A stretch of 59,011 nt of DNA, counting the filler, from Basidiobolus ranarum (lineage: Eukaryota), in assembly GCA_040143965.1 (NCBI GenBank). It is 7 parts of 7 records of this genome, joined end to end, with 100 filler letters (N's around TTAATTAATTAA, not from the genome) between each part and the next. Parts side by side here need not be neighbours in the genome. Positions count along the whole stretch, not along the records: positions 33,815 to 42,153 come from JASJQH010000982.1; positions 42,254 to 50,587 come from JASJQH010000983.1; 5 more parts are not named here. The stretch is one strand, 5' to 3'. Below the pieces are notes generated by a model. It did no database searches, had not been told where the DNA came from, and was given only the letters and a program-made list of their open reading frames with translations. Positions within the stretch are counted from its first letter, which is position 1. Every line of letters begins with the position of its first letter. Made by a program: the position numbers and the translations under genes. This document shows, piece after piece, positions 39,333-50,687 of the stretch.

Positions 39333-40660
39333 TTATTGTTGAGCGCATTGAACACCAGGTCCCTGACCATGACCATGACGAGGACCATCTTCTTCATCGT
39401 ATTCATCATCCATACCATGATCAGCACGATTTTTTTGAGAGGTATTCATATCACTGAGAACAACTTCTTCGGCGTCACCCTTGATATTGGGAAGAGATGG
39501 TCTAGGAGGAAGAATGCTCTCCAGCTTAGCGATATTTTCAGGACTGGTCCAATTGCGTTCAGGAAATTCAATTTCGAATTGAACATAGAGATCACCGTGT
39601 TGATGATGACGGTGGCTAGGCATACCTTCGTTTTGAATGGTTTTGATCTCTTCAGGCTTGATAACTTCACCAGGAAGAATGTTTACCTTAAGGTTTCTAC
39701 CATCTAAGTGTTCTATGATGAATTGACCACCAGCCAAAGCGGTGAGAAGGTCGATCTTGGCGTTATAGAAAAGATCGTCACCCTTGCGCTTGAATCTAGG
39801 GTGTGACTTCTCTTCGATAACAATGATGATGTCACCGGGGACAACACCTGGTGCTTGATCAGCTTCACCATGGAAAGCGACCTTTTGGCCATCTCTCATG
39901 CCTTTGTCGATGTGAACTTCGAGAACTTTACGTTCTGAAACAACCTTTTTACCGTGACAGTCTTTACATTTATCCTTCTCGTTGATAGTTTGTCCTTCAC
40001 CGTTACAATCTTGACAGTGTTGTTGAATTTGTTGAACCATAGGACCAAGTTGACGATGCACGATACGAATACCACGTCCATTACAAGTGGGACAAATTTT
40101 GACGGCTTCCTCTTTTCCACCCTTGCCTTTACAAGACGAGCAGATAACATTCTTCTGTAGGGCAAGTTTGCTGGTTTTACCCTTGTAAAGATCCTCTAAT
40201 GAGACTTTAAGAGCGTGGTGAACGTCTTTACCTCTCTTAGGGCCACTGTGTTGACGTGATCCACCTCCACCGAAAAAACCCCCACCAAAGAATTGAGAAA
40301 ATAAGTCCTCGGCGGACATACCAGGCCCACCATCGTTCTTGAGACCTTCTTCACCGTGCTGATCATAAAGAGCTCTTTTCTCCGAGTCGGAAAGAATCTC
40401 ATAAGCATGGGAAATATCTTTGAATTTGTCGGCAGTGTCAGGACTCTGTATTATAGAAAAGAAAAAGCAAGTTAGGACCAACAGATTTTCGAAAGCATAA
40501 ACATAAAAAACGATGTTGAGGAGAATAAGCAAGGAAGAAGAGATCATACCTTGTCAGGGTGATATTTCAGAGCCAGCTTGCGATAAGCTTTCTTAAGTTC
40601 ATTTTCGGAAGCTGTGGAAGGAACTCCCAAGATGTCGTAATACTTTGTGTCCATAACCAT
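39333..40660 (-). CDS. YDJ1: Type I DnaJ/Hsp40 (Ydj1/Mas5)
   Basis: [23 protein letters not shown] region, CxxCxGxG zinc fingers and C-terminal CaaX CAQQ. One intron. Confidence 0.96.
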
Positions 40661-41942
40661 CTTGAATAAAGAGAAGTTGTTGGTGTACTCTGTAAGAAAA
40701 CTTGGATGACAAGAGTGTTTCTAATAAATTTGTTTCCAAATGGGATCTGCCATTTTGGTGACACCTCTCACTATATTAATATATTTTAGAATTGCCTAAT
40801 GAAACGGGCTGTGGCATTCTTTTTTTTCTATTGTTGTTGTTGTTGATAAACATTATAAAAAGAAAAATCCAGCCAATAACCTAATTTGGTACTACAAATC
40901 ATATTATCTATTGACTACTAGATGAGATCCAATGAGATTCATCTCATCTGGATGCAAGTTACTAGATACTTCGGGCACTTTCCATTCCCAAGATTCGTAA
41001 CAAGAATCCGATTCATAAACAACTGCTTGGTTGTAATGACCAAAAGCATCCATTTCTTGACCCGGTTGAGAAGTGCTAAATTTAGTCAATACCGAAATCT
41101 CCCAATTAATCAACACGTGGTGCCATGGTTAAGTGTCCAAGACGGTGCACGGACTATATCATCGGCAGATGGGGATTATTCCATACAGTTGGACATCTAC
41201 ACATATTCAAGATACACTGATTTAGCTGGCGCAGCTCCAGTTCAGGGCTACAGTAGAGAGATACGCAGCAAGCGTTAAGAGAATCACTCCACCCCCTATG
41301 CTGAATATACGCCACCAGGGTGAGTTGTCAAACCGGAAGTTTTAAAAGGGAAGGCAGTTCAAATCGAAGCGCTTAGACAGTTCTATGGAGTAGACTCACT
41401 ACCAGCTGGCAATAGTATCATCCATTGGATTAGAAGATAGCCGTAGTGAATTCTAAAATAGAATCTTCTGATATCCAAAATGGGTTGCTGAGTGAAGCTC
41501 GAGACTCATGCTATGACTGTCAACAGGTACTGCTGTTTGCTTATGTGGCTCATTTATTCTTGTATTTGAATTTCTGGTTTTACATCCATTCATGCCATAG
41601 GCTCAATGGATGATCCATCAGCCCAGTACAGCCTTCTGCAGATGAGTCCTTTTGAAGAACCTGGATCCAATCTCCATGATTGATGAAGTCAGCCAATTAT
41701 GTTTCATACACTAATCTCAGCTATAGGCTGATACCTGGTGGTGCCCACGTGACTATTTACCAGCTTAGATCTATCCTAGAGCTAAATAGGCATTCCCTGT
41801 GCTCGGATAATCATTGACAACATGCTTGAGCATCGGATGATAAGCAGTACCTGTATCAACAACTACGTGTATCTTCTATTTCATTGAGGGTCCTAGCACA
41901 TAAATTTATTTTCAACACATTAAACGGTAAAAACAAAGCCCA

Positions 41943-42128
41943 TCACAGGGTTAATCGTTGTTGCCGTGCTCGTAGAAGGTTTCGTGTTCTCAAATCAGCT
42001 TGCCGGATAGGTTCGGGGATTCTATACAGCGAGCATTGAAGTGTTATCGCCACTGCTGTTTCGTGGGAGACTTTATGTCCTGTGGAGACAAATATCGGGT
42101 TGGTAGTGGTGTCAAGGGTTCGTACCGC
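41943..42128 (-). CDS. ENDOV: Endonuclease V, terminal exon (rest cut by contig end); absent from the ORF track
   Basis: After the acceptor ATAAATAG it reads AVRTLDTTTNPIFVSTGHKVSHETAVAITLQCSLYRIPEPIRQADLRTR..., matching the EndoV motifs P.YVS.GH and RIPEP.RQAD. Confidence 0.85.
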   Translation of the reverse strand, partial: AVRTLDTTTNPIFVSTGHKVSHETAVAITLQCSLYRIPEPIRQADLRTRNLLRARQQRLTL

Positions 42129-42153
42129 CTATTTATCAAGTCTAAAATGAATT

Positions 42154-42253
42154 NNNNNNNNNNNNNNNNNNNNNNNNNNNNNNNNNNNNNNNNNNNNTTA
42201 ATTAATTAANNNNNNNNNNNNNNNNNNNNNNNNNNNNNNNNNNNNNNNNNNNN
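42154..42253. other. Artificial contig linker
   Basis: N44-TTAATTAATTAA-N44. Confidence 0.98.
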
Positions 42254-43194
42254 AGTTACTGTTGCACTGAGCTACCATCTAACTAATTTTAGTATAATGA
42301 TTCAGGGTGATAGGGACGAAGAGTGACCTTGTCAAAAATCGCCCATCTTGGGTTCCCATAATAGGCATGTTGTTTTCCATTTTGATGTGTATTATATATA
42401 TATGGACGGATTTTAGGCTATTTTTCAGCTATATTGCGGCTGATCCTTCTTCCATGCCAGTTATACTTTTGCCAATGCTTCTATAGAATATGAGAGTCAG
42501 CGGTTTTGCTTAGCATTCCTTGGCGCTTACTATTTAAGCAAGGTATTTATAAATATGATTTTCAATATTATTTTACATTACTAAACTTCGACAGCATGGT
42601 TTATTTATTCAATAGCGGGAATTGCGCTAAACTGAGGCCTACCTACTCAGCTTTCATGAATGAAATGATCGATGAGACTGCAATTAGATGCGACTAATTT
42701 AAAAATATCTAGAATTAAATCGAGCATGAAAACATTTCACTATTTAGTACCACCCTCTCCGAAGTACCCAGTTCGATTTACCAATAAACGATACAAATTT
42801 CATCGGCGACATCGAGCAAGAGGTAGCGATGGTAATCGGCATATATGGGCCGATTCAATCGGCTAATAAGCATATGCAGTGTGGGAAAGACGATCTATCG
42901 ATGCCCCCGAGTGAGGGTGGGATCGGCATCGTTTTAACCTGCCATAACCGATGCGAATAAAGTCTTGCTGACCCCATCATAGGAAGTTGGAATGAATGAA
43001 TATGTAGAAAATCTATTCTTATGGATGTATCTATATCAAAGAACTTTAAATGAAGAAAACTTCTCATCTGTTAAAGAAGGCCGGTCTCATAGGAATACTT
43101 AGTTGTTTGATATATACTTAAATAGTCATAATAAAATGAAGAACCGATATCATTGCATATTTTGATGCATACAACTAATACAGCTGTATATGTG

Positions 43195-43689
43195 CTATTT
43201 ATTAAGTTCTTTTCTAAACACAGCAATTTCGTAGTCTTCTTGGGGAAATACTCCATGTAGAATGAAGTGACATTTTTTTTGATAAAATTCTCTCAGTTTC
43301 TTATTCCCTTCCCAGCAATCTAAAACCAAAACAACCTCTTCTTGGTAAAATTGGTCAAATATTAGTCCCATTAAGTCAACGCCCAAGCCTTTTCTTTGAT
43401 GTTTGGGTAAAAGCATGAGGTTGCTAAGAAAGATATATCTAAATTCCGGGTTCAAACGCCATTCCTTTGCCTTTCCAGGTTCTAAAGGTTCGATTTTGAC
43501 ACCACCAAAGATCTCTTGGTCTTCGAAAATGTACATGTACTCTTTATCGATATATGCTTCAACTTCATTACGATTATGAATTCCAATCTCCTGTAGGCTA
43601 CCAGCAGCTTGAAGTGAGGTTTGGGTTTCGCGAGCAATATACAATAGAAGCTCTATATCTCGTTGAGTGGCTATTCGAAGTTGTTTCAT
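43195..43689 (-). CDS. GNAT-family acetyltransferase, intronless (~164 aa)
   Basis: LRIATQRD, acetyl-CoA motif A LMLLPKHQRKGLG and motif B LDCWEGNKKLREFY. Confidence 0.85.
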   Translation of the reverse strand: MKQLRIATQRDIELLLYIARETQTSLQAAGSLQEIGIHNRNEVEAYIDKEYMYIFEDQEIFGGVKIEPLEPGKAKEWRLNPEFRYIFLSNLMLLPKHQRKGLGVDLMGLIFDQFYQEEVVLVLDCWEGNKKLREFYQKKCHFILHGVFPQEDYEIAVFRKELNK

Positions 43690-44221
43690 GGGTAAACAGT
43701 AGCATGCATCTAGCACACAATACCGAATTTAACTCTCAGAGGTCCACTCCCATTGGATAACATTAGCTCGGGTGGATTCAAGTTTATCCATGATTTATTG
43801 AATTGAAAACATTACAATGTTTAAATTGAATTTACTCACCATGGAAGAGTCACAATAACCTTCATTCTTGAGAACTTTGCATTCCCCTCTCTTCAGGTCG
43901 TGCAAAAGTTTATGATCGATCTCGATGGTTAGATTATTAGTATGTTGCTTATGTGTGTCTGCATGGATTGCTTCATTTTGGATCATATTCATTTATTTTG
44001 AATGTTGATTCCCACCATTGGTGATATGAGCTACAATAATGCCAATGTTCAATTCAAAGGGATACCTCATGTGCAATTAATCCAAAGGTCAAGATTAAAT
44101 TAACATTTAAAGAATATTATGGGCGATCTACAAGGACATACATTCATTGCTATTTCTATCGAGCGTGAAGGTATCTTATATGGCATAGGATAGTATGGGG
44201 TGAAGGGGAACACAAGGCGCT

Positions 44222-45439
44222 CTAGTGCTCTGGAGAAGAGGTTCTTGAAGGGACGCTCACCTCCAAATCATAGTAATCACGTAAATGATCCAAGATGGCA
44301 GATACGCTCGATAGGGTATTGAAGGTTTTCCTCTCTATTAAAAAGGTCCGATTAGTCTTCATGTATCAAATCAATGTGCTTATCCATGGACATACCAGCA
44401 TTACTCATTACTCCTTCAAACATGAACATCAAATGATGATGAAAGATGAAGAAGTTTGTCCCGTAGCCTAATGCCAATTCTATATACTTTTTGATATAGT
44501 CCCAAGGATCTACTGGGTCCAAAGCGAACAATGCAGGATTATGTAAAATCCCCCTAGCAGCCATAACACCTTAAATAATGGGATTAGTCATGGCTAATGA
44601 CAGTAGCAAAACCTAATGAGCCATACCATCCACTTTCGTGTACTCAGCAATGTATTCGGCATCCTCTCTACTAAATATATCCCCATTGGCTACAATGGGT
44701 ACAGAGGCAGATTCTTTAACCAACTTAATAGCTTCCAAATTAACTGCCTCTGAAGACTTTTGTCTTCTGGTTCTACCGTGGACAGTGATGAAATCTACAC
44801 CAACACTTTCAGCTCGTTTGGCAAACTCTACGGTTTGTCTAGGTAAAAAGTTTGTTTTAAACAACATTCAATCATATAAAATGAACAACTCGTGAAAAGA
44901 CCAACCTTAAGTCTTTATGAGCACGAATCTTAATAGAGCAAGGAATATTGACTCGATTTTTGGTTTGTCTCACCATATCGCGTACGAGTTCGGGATGCTC
45001 CATTAAATACGAACCGATTCCTTCGTTAATAGCCCATTTCTGAGCACAGCCACAGTTCAAGTCCACTCCGCTTACATATGGTGAGGCTAGCTCCGCAGCG
45101 TCAGCCAAGTCAGTAGCATTGGTAGCTGCGAATTGAATAATCACTGGGTTATCTCTTTCATTTGTAGTAAAATCGCATTCACGTGCGTAGTTAGAGTTCT
45201 TAAATACATCAGCAAGGATCATAGGAGTGTAGGTTAGATCGCAGTTATATCTATCGAACAGAAGGGCTTAATATCAACTGGAATTTGAAAAGGTTGAACT
45301 TGCACACAATTTTCCAAACCACTTACTCTCGAACCAACTCTCGAAAAGGTAACTTCGAGTAACGTACCATAGGGGCACATATGTTTACCACCTTCTTCTC
45401 TTCAAATAATTCTAAAGGGGATTTAAATTTACGCTCCAT
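44222..45439 (-). CDS. DUS4: tRNA-dihydrouridine(20a/20b) synthase
   Basis: ICAPMVRYSKLPFRELV, TPMILA, GVDLNCGC, FITVHGRT, VANGDIF and GVMAARG. Four introns. Confidence 0.92.
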
Positions 45440-45999
45440 TTGTTGAATATTCTCAGTTGCATTCGATATTAAGAACTGGTCCTTTTTATATCGTTTCGAA
45501 ATGATTAAAAAAAATCCTTGATAGTAGAGTGGATTTCAAATTTTTGCTAGGTCGATCATTCAAATTCAGCTTCATAGTGATTACGGATACATATCTGTGA
45601 TTGGTTGTTGGTCCCCATAGAAAAAAATCCAAAAAAGATTTTATTGCCACAATCTTACGAATTATAACTGCTCCATATCAGGCTTGGAATTGGTACAAAT
45701 GATTGGTTCCATTTTGGCCCTTCACCAAAGGCAGTATTTTCTCAGTTATTGAACCAATACTATACAGTGCCTGCTTGGAATTAGACGATCAAGCATCACA
45801 GAATTGATGAGTATTTAAGGACATATATACGTTAGCCATCAACTGTGCATATAGAAGATTGAAGTAATATATGACGGCAATTTTGGTGCTTGCCAAGCCA
45901 CGAATATGTAATAAAGAGGAGATTATGAGCAGACGTTTTTCCCTTCTAAAAGGGGAATTTTTAGTGCAATTTTTGATAGCTTTCAAAGCTATAAGCAAT

Positions 46000-46897
46000 T
46001 TATACAACATAACGCCCTTTATTACAGGAGGCTCCTTTAGCAGCATCTGCATGAGACTGGAATTCCAAATGTTGATTGGGTGAAAGGCCTAACGATTCTT
46101 TCAAGTGGGAGCTGAATAATAAATATATTAGTATACTATTGAGGTGAGAATAAACTACAATATCCTATACCCAATGGCTTCACAAATTTCTTTGCTATCG
46201 GAGGTTCGTGTCCACAAAGAAAGTCTAAAGAATCCTTTACGGACAGAAACTACTGCACCAGAGATTTGATCCTCGTACAAAAATGTCTCTCCAATGCAGC
46301 ACAAAATCTATCAAACATAAGTTTTTGAGTAAGCTTATTTAATCAAGGTTAAAAAAATACATACCGCATATAACCAAAGGTTATTAATTTCTTCACCAGT
46401 TCTTTTCGAGAATTGAATTACCCACTTGCCTCCTTGCTCATTGGCAGCATCTTCCCACATAGGTTTGATACCTTCTTTGAAAAGGTGATAATTGGAACCG
46501 GGAGTTAAGTCACTTACTCTGACAACATTATTGTAAGTTCTATAGATGTTGTTAGTTTTGTAAAAAGCATAAATACAAACAACAATAATAATTCTCACCC
46601 CCAAAAGTCTTCGACTGTATTGAAGGTGACTACTTCTTTAAGGTTCTGGGACCAGCTGGATTGGTTGGTTTTCTTGCCAGGATTATCATACCAGAGAGTC
46701 CAAGAATTATTCAATGGATGTTTAACATTGAAATTGACAGGATCGGTAAATACTGTTACCATTTCTTGATCCTCTTCTGTAGGATTTTCTGAAAGGCTGG
46801 CTTGGGGTATCTTTTCGTCATCAATGAGGGAACTATCTGTATTTATCTGGGGAACAGATTCTTGCTTTTCTAGGACTTCGGAGGCTATGGAGCTCAT
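46000..46897 (-). CDS. CDC33: Translation initiation factor eIF4E
   Basis: [40 protein letters not shown] and [17 protein letters not shown]. Three introns. Confidence 0.95.
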
Positions 46898-47396
46898 ATT
46901 ACAATGCTAATAAGAATAACAAAAGGGTACTACTTATTTGAAGAATGAAGAGAAGAAGTGAGTTGGTATATATTTCTTGAGGGAGAAATATAAGTCAGCA
47001 ACAAACAGGTAGCTGTTAAAAATATGAACTACCGTTAATGCTCTCTATAGTTATCTGGTAACGTCGGTCTTGAAGAAAAGACGAGGAATTTTAAATTGTG
47101 CTAAGAAAAAATAAAAAAAAAATAACTCCATTCCACTGAATATTAAATAGATTATTCAAATTTGATTTCAACAGTGGAGTGGAGTAGACGATGTGTAGAT
47201 AAGAATGACGAATCCAAGTTCATTAGCTTGTTGTCAAGTATATATATGTTGAATGTTTGTTTAATTTCACTCCATTCGAATAAATAGTGGATTCACTTAG
47301 ATTAATTATGAAGTTATGATTGCACCATATGCAGCATTAAAATCTAAAATACCTCGATTGACATTGCCAACCTCCATGTTTGCGCCAAAATAGCCC

Positions 47397-48011
47397 TCAG
47401 TTTGGCACACAGGTTTTCTTCTGACGATGACAACCTGAGGGGCATGCCTTATGTTCATTATACTGCCAGGCAAACAGGGGATCCGTTTTTTCGTGTAATA
47501 GTTTAGGTACTATTTCGAGTAACGTAAAGTCGCTTGCAGTAGCTTTGTTGGCAAGTTCTAAGCTAGTGACCTGAATCTGCGACCAGCCTAACTTGGTCAA
47601 AGTTTTAATAGAAGTAGAATATACTAGTCTTCCAATATGTGACCATAAAATGGCTGATTGACACATTGGACAGGGTTCACCCGTGGTATACAAAGTTAGT
47701 TCCTTCCAGAAGCTACTGTTCAGACCATTGCCTGGGTATAGAGTTGAGCAATTGTTCAGGGCTGCGATCTCACCATGCCAAGTAGGATTATCCGAAGAAG
47801 CGTTGATACCGAAGCAAAGAATTTCACCTGTGTTTTTATTCACAATGGAGGCACCGAAGGGAGCAAAGGAACAGGGATTCTGCGCCAAAGTATAATTAAG
47901 CGTCATTGACATGTACTTAACATCTTCAGCATCTGGCTTAGAGAGGTATCCGTTTCCTTGGATATAACCCACCACGCCAAGTATAGTCGTTATTTTTAAA
48001 GCAACTTTCAT
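47397..48011 (-). CDS. Putatively secreted zinc-dependent nucleoside/nucleobase deaminase (CDA fold), intronless
   Basis: Signal-like MKVALKITTILGVVGYIQG, PFGA, HGE, LYTTGEPCPMC and a Cys-rich tail. Confidence 0.88.
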   Translation of the reverse strand: MKVALKITTILGVVGYIQGNGYLSKPDAEDVKYMSMTLNYTLAQNPCSFAPFGASIVNKNTGEILCFGINASSDNPTWHGEIAALNNCSTLYPGNGLNSSFWKELTLYTTGEPCPMCQSAILWSHIGRLVYSTSIKTLTKLGWSQIQVTSLELANKATASDFTLLEIVPKLLHEKTDPLFAWQYNEHKACPSGCHRQKKTCVPN

Positions 48012-50383
48012 TCTAAGAAGGGTAATACGGCATTAAGAAGGTAGTCACTATTCTGGAAAAGCAGATTCCTTTCTTTCGGGCTACTTCTCAATTGATTTAT
48101 GACGTACTTTATATTCATATCAATCAATGATATTATACTATATAGTTGGGGAAACGAATACATTTGCCCCAAACCCTCGATGTGAGTAATTTTGTTTTAA
48201 GCCAAATGTTACTCGAAAGAGAAACAATTGTAGTATTACATGATATGTAGCAAATTCAGATTAAGGAGGCACACTGCCAATATGACAAGCCTCATGTTCA
48301 ACAAGAAACAACAAGTATTCAAACCAATGCCATCCCACCTCCTTTCACTTGTGTTAAACTAGATGGAACCTTCGTTTAAGAAGCTGTTACATCTACCATT
48401 GTAAATGAAGGATGTCATACAATCCCCACGTAGTAGGGGTAGGAAAGAGCACTTTAAGGATGCTAATAAGTAGTCGGTTGAGCACGCCTGAGAATATGTA
48501 GATACGAGTTTGTGAAAGAGCTACCAAATAAGATAGACACTAAACCGAATACGGCCATTACTATGTATATTTAATTTTTCCAATATGATTCTGCAGCTGC
48601 AGCATTTGTTTGCCATACAAAGGTAAAATGTACTTCGGATGCGGCATTTGTGGTCACTGATGTTATTCGTTAGACTCTGATCTCTAAGGCCCTATGATTT
48701 AGTATCAAGGGGTACATGGTGCTTAGTAAGACATCGACGAGTATCTATTTAGACACAAATCAATCGACTGCATCAATTTCTTCACTTCCCAGTGCTCCAT
48801 TTCCAATCCAGATGCAACCAATAAGAAACCGGCCTTGGCTTTGTTTTGGCACGACGAAATGATATCACGAATAGGCAGTTGAAGCAACTGGTCCTTAACC
48901 TTTTGCCATCCTAGAAAATCCCAAAAAGCAACCATTTGTTAATCGAAACTTCTATAGCATTTGACTTGCCAACTTTGATGTATTAGGCATGCAATGATCA
49001 TCTACATCGACGTATTTACTTATTGCTAAAACATAATCAAGCATAGTTACACGCAGGCTTGAATTGGATTTGGCATACCATTACTCCCAACTTCTCCCTG
49101 CTTATGGATTATCTACCATAGATTAGGATATTATGGGTAACAAGGTCGCTTGACAACGGATAAATTATGTGCATATATGTGATTTTCTATGAGGAGGCCT
49201 GCTAAATTGAACAACAAACTCATCCGATCTACTAACCTCTTCCACGAGACCATGCTTGTGTGTGGGGTCACAGATTCTAGCGCTTGATCCTTATATCTCT
49301 ATCCTGGAGCTGGGGAAGTCAATTCATATTCGAGAGAAGAGCTATAAGGCTCTACTGGACATCCTCGTCCGCATTAACATATCAAATCGGTGATCAAGTG
49401 AATCAAACTCACTGTTAGACATGCCCTCCTTCTCACTTTCTTGATGGATTCTCGCCTCGATACCAACTCCGATCACGGCAGCAGTTTGAGTGGGCCGCTT
49501 GGAATCGTTAGCCGTAGTGGATTCTTATGTACGGATCCGCATAGCTCATATACGTTTGGTACTAACCCGAATCCAATTTTCTACTTGAAGACCATACGGA
49601 AGACCCACAGCATGTTCACAAAATGCCAAAATGAGATAATGGAAGGTGAGGCGGTGCGTTCTAGAATATGTATATGTGGAAAAAAGTTAGTCCTTTATCA
49701 AAATCAAATATATGTGAACCCGGCTACGATATGAGAGTGAGTGTATACCTACGGATCGTAGCAATAGAAGCCCAATTGATCGATTCTTTTTTCAGCTCAG
49801 GCACCTACCTCTCTGGCGTTGGAAGTAGAGACTTTTAGGTTAAATACATCTGATTCTCCATCCAATCGTGATCTTTGGCGCCTGTTGAAATCGTTTCCAG
49901 CGAAAGCCCATCAGTTCTTCTTCAATAGCCACGCTCTTTAGAGCCAAATAGAGTGCAAGATGCCATTTACTGTCTTTAGTCGATTGATCCCATTCTTGGA
50001 GTAAATCAACTGAAATGGACTAATACTCTAAAATTCTTGACTATATCTAATGGGAAATCTCCATATTAGTCCTTGCCATTTTGCTAAGGCGAAGGTAAAA
50101 ATCATCTCTAATTAGAAGCAAATAAAAATAACTCCGTAGATGGCCCACTTAAATAAACACAAGAGCGAGTAGCTCTCCAATGACCATCGTCCATCCCAGA
50201 CTCGTGTTATATAAGGCTTGGTGATATCCAAACAGTGGATCATACTTCTCATCGATTCTCTGACATAAAGCAGTTGGAAGACTCTGACTTGGATTGCCTT
50301 AAACAACTCCCCTTCAATCACTTCACTTCTACAGCAAACTCTTTTTTTAAGTTAAATTCTAGTTATATTCAGGTGTTAGTACT

Positions 50384-50587
50384 ATGACCAGATATGTTCT
50401 TGAAGTAGTTCAACAGCCGACTCAAGCTCATATGAGTGGATTTAGTGAAAGAAGACGGTCAATAGACCCGCCACCTATAGTGAAATTAAATATACTTGAT
50501 GACAGAGGCAAAGCAGTAGAAAATTTAGTTGATTTATCGTTCTTCTCCGTTCTTGGCGACTTATGGGCTGAAGACTGCTTAGAGAAC
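50384..50587 (+). CDS. Velvet-domain transcription factor, N-terminal fragment
   Basis: YVLEVVQQP..A.MSGF..RRR.IDPPPIVKL...DLW. Truncated by the linker. Confidence 0.9.
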
Positions 50588-50687
50588 NNNNNNNNNNNNN
50601 NNNNNNNNNNNNNNNNNNNNNNNNNNNNNNNTTAATTAATTAANNNNNNNNNNNNNNNNNNNNNNNNNNNNNNNNNNNNNNNNNNNN
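50588..50687. other. Artificial contig linker
   Basis: N44-TTAATTAATTAA-N44. Confidence 0.98.

Noticed and set aside
47397..50587. EndoV, deaminase and DUS4 as a linked RNA-editing system
   Set aside because: EndoV is on a different contig, the deaminase appears secreted, and DUS4 and eIF4E are ordinary housekeeping genes, so there is no evidence of functional linkage.
8411..50643. TTAATTAATTAA palindrome recurring every ~8.44 kb
   Set aside because: It is a synthetic six-frame stop spacer inside N runs, not a biological repeat or CRISPR.
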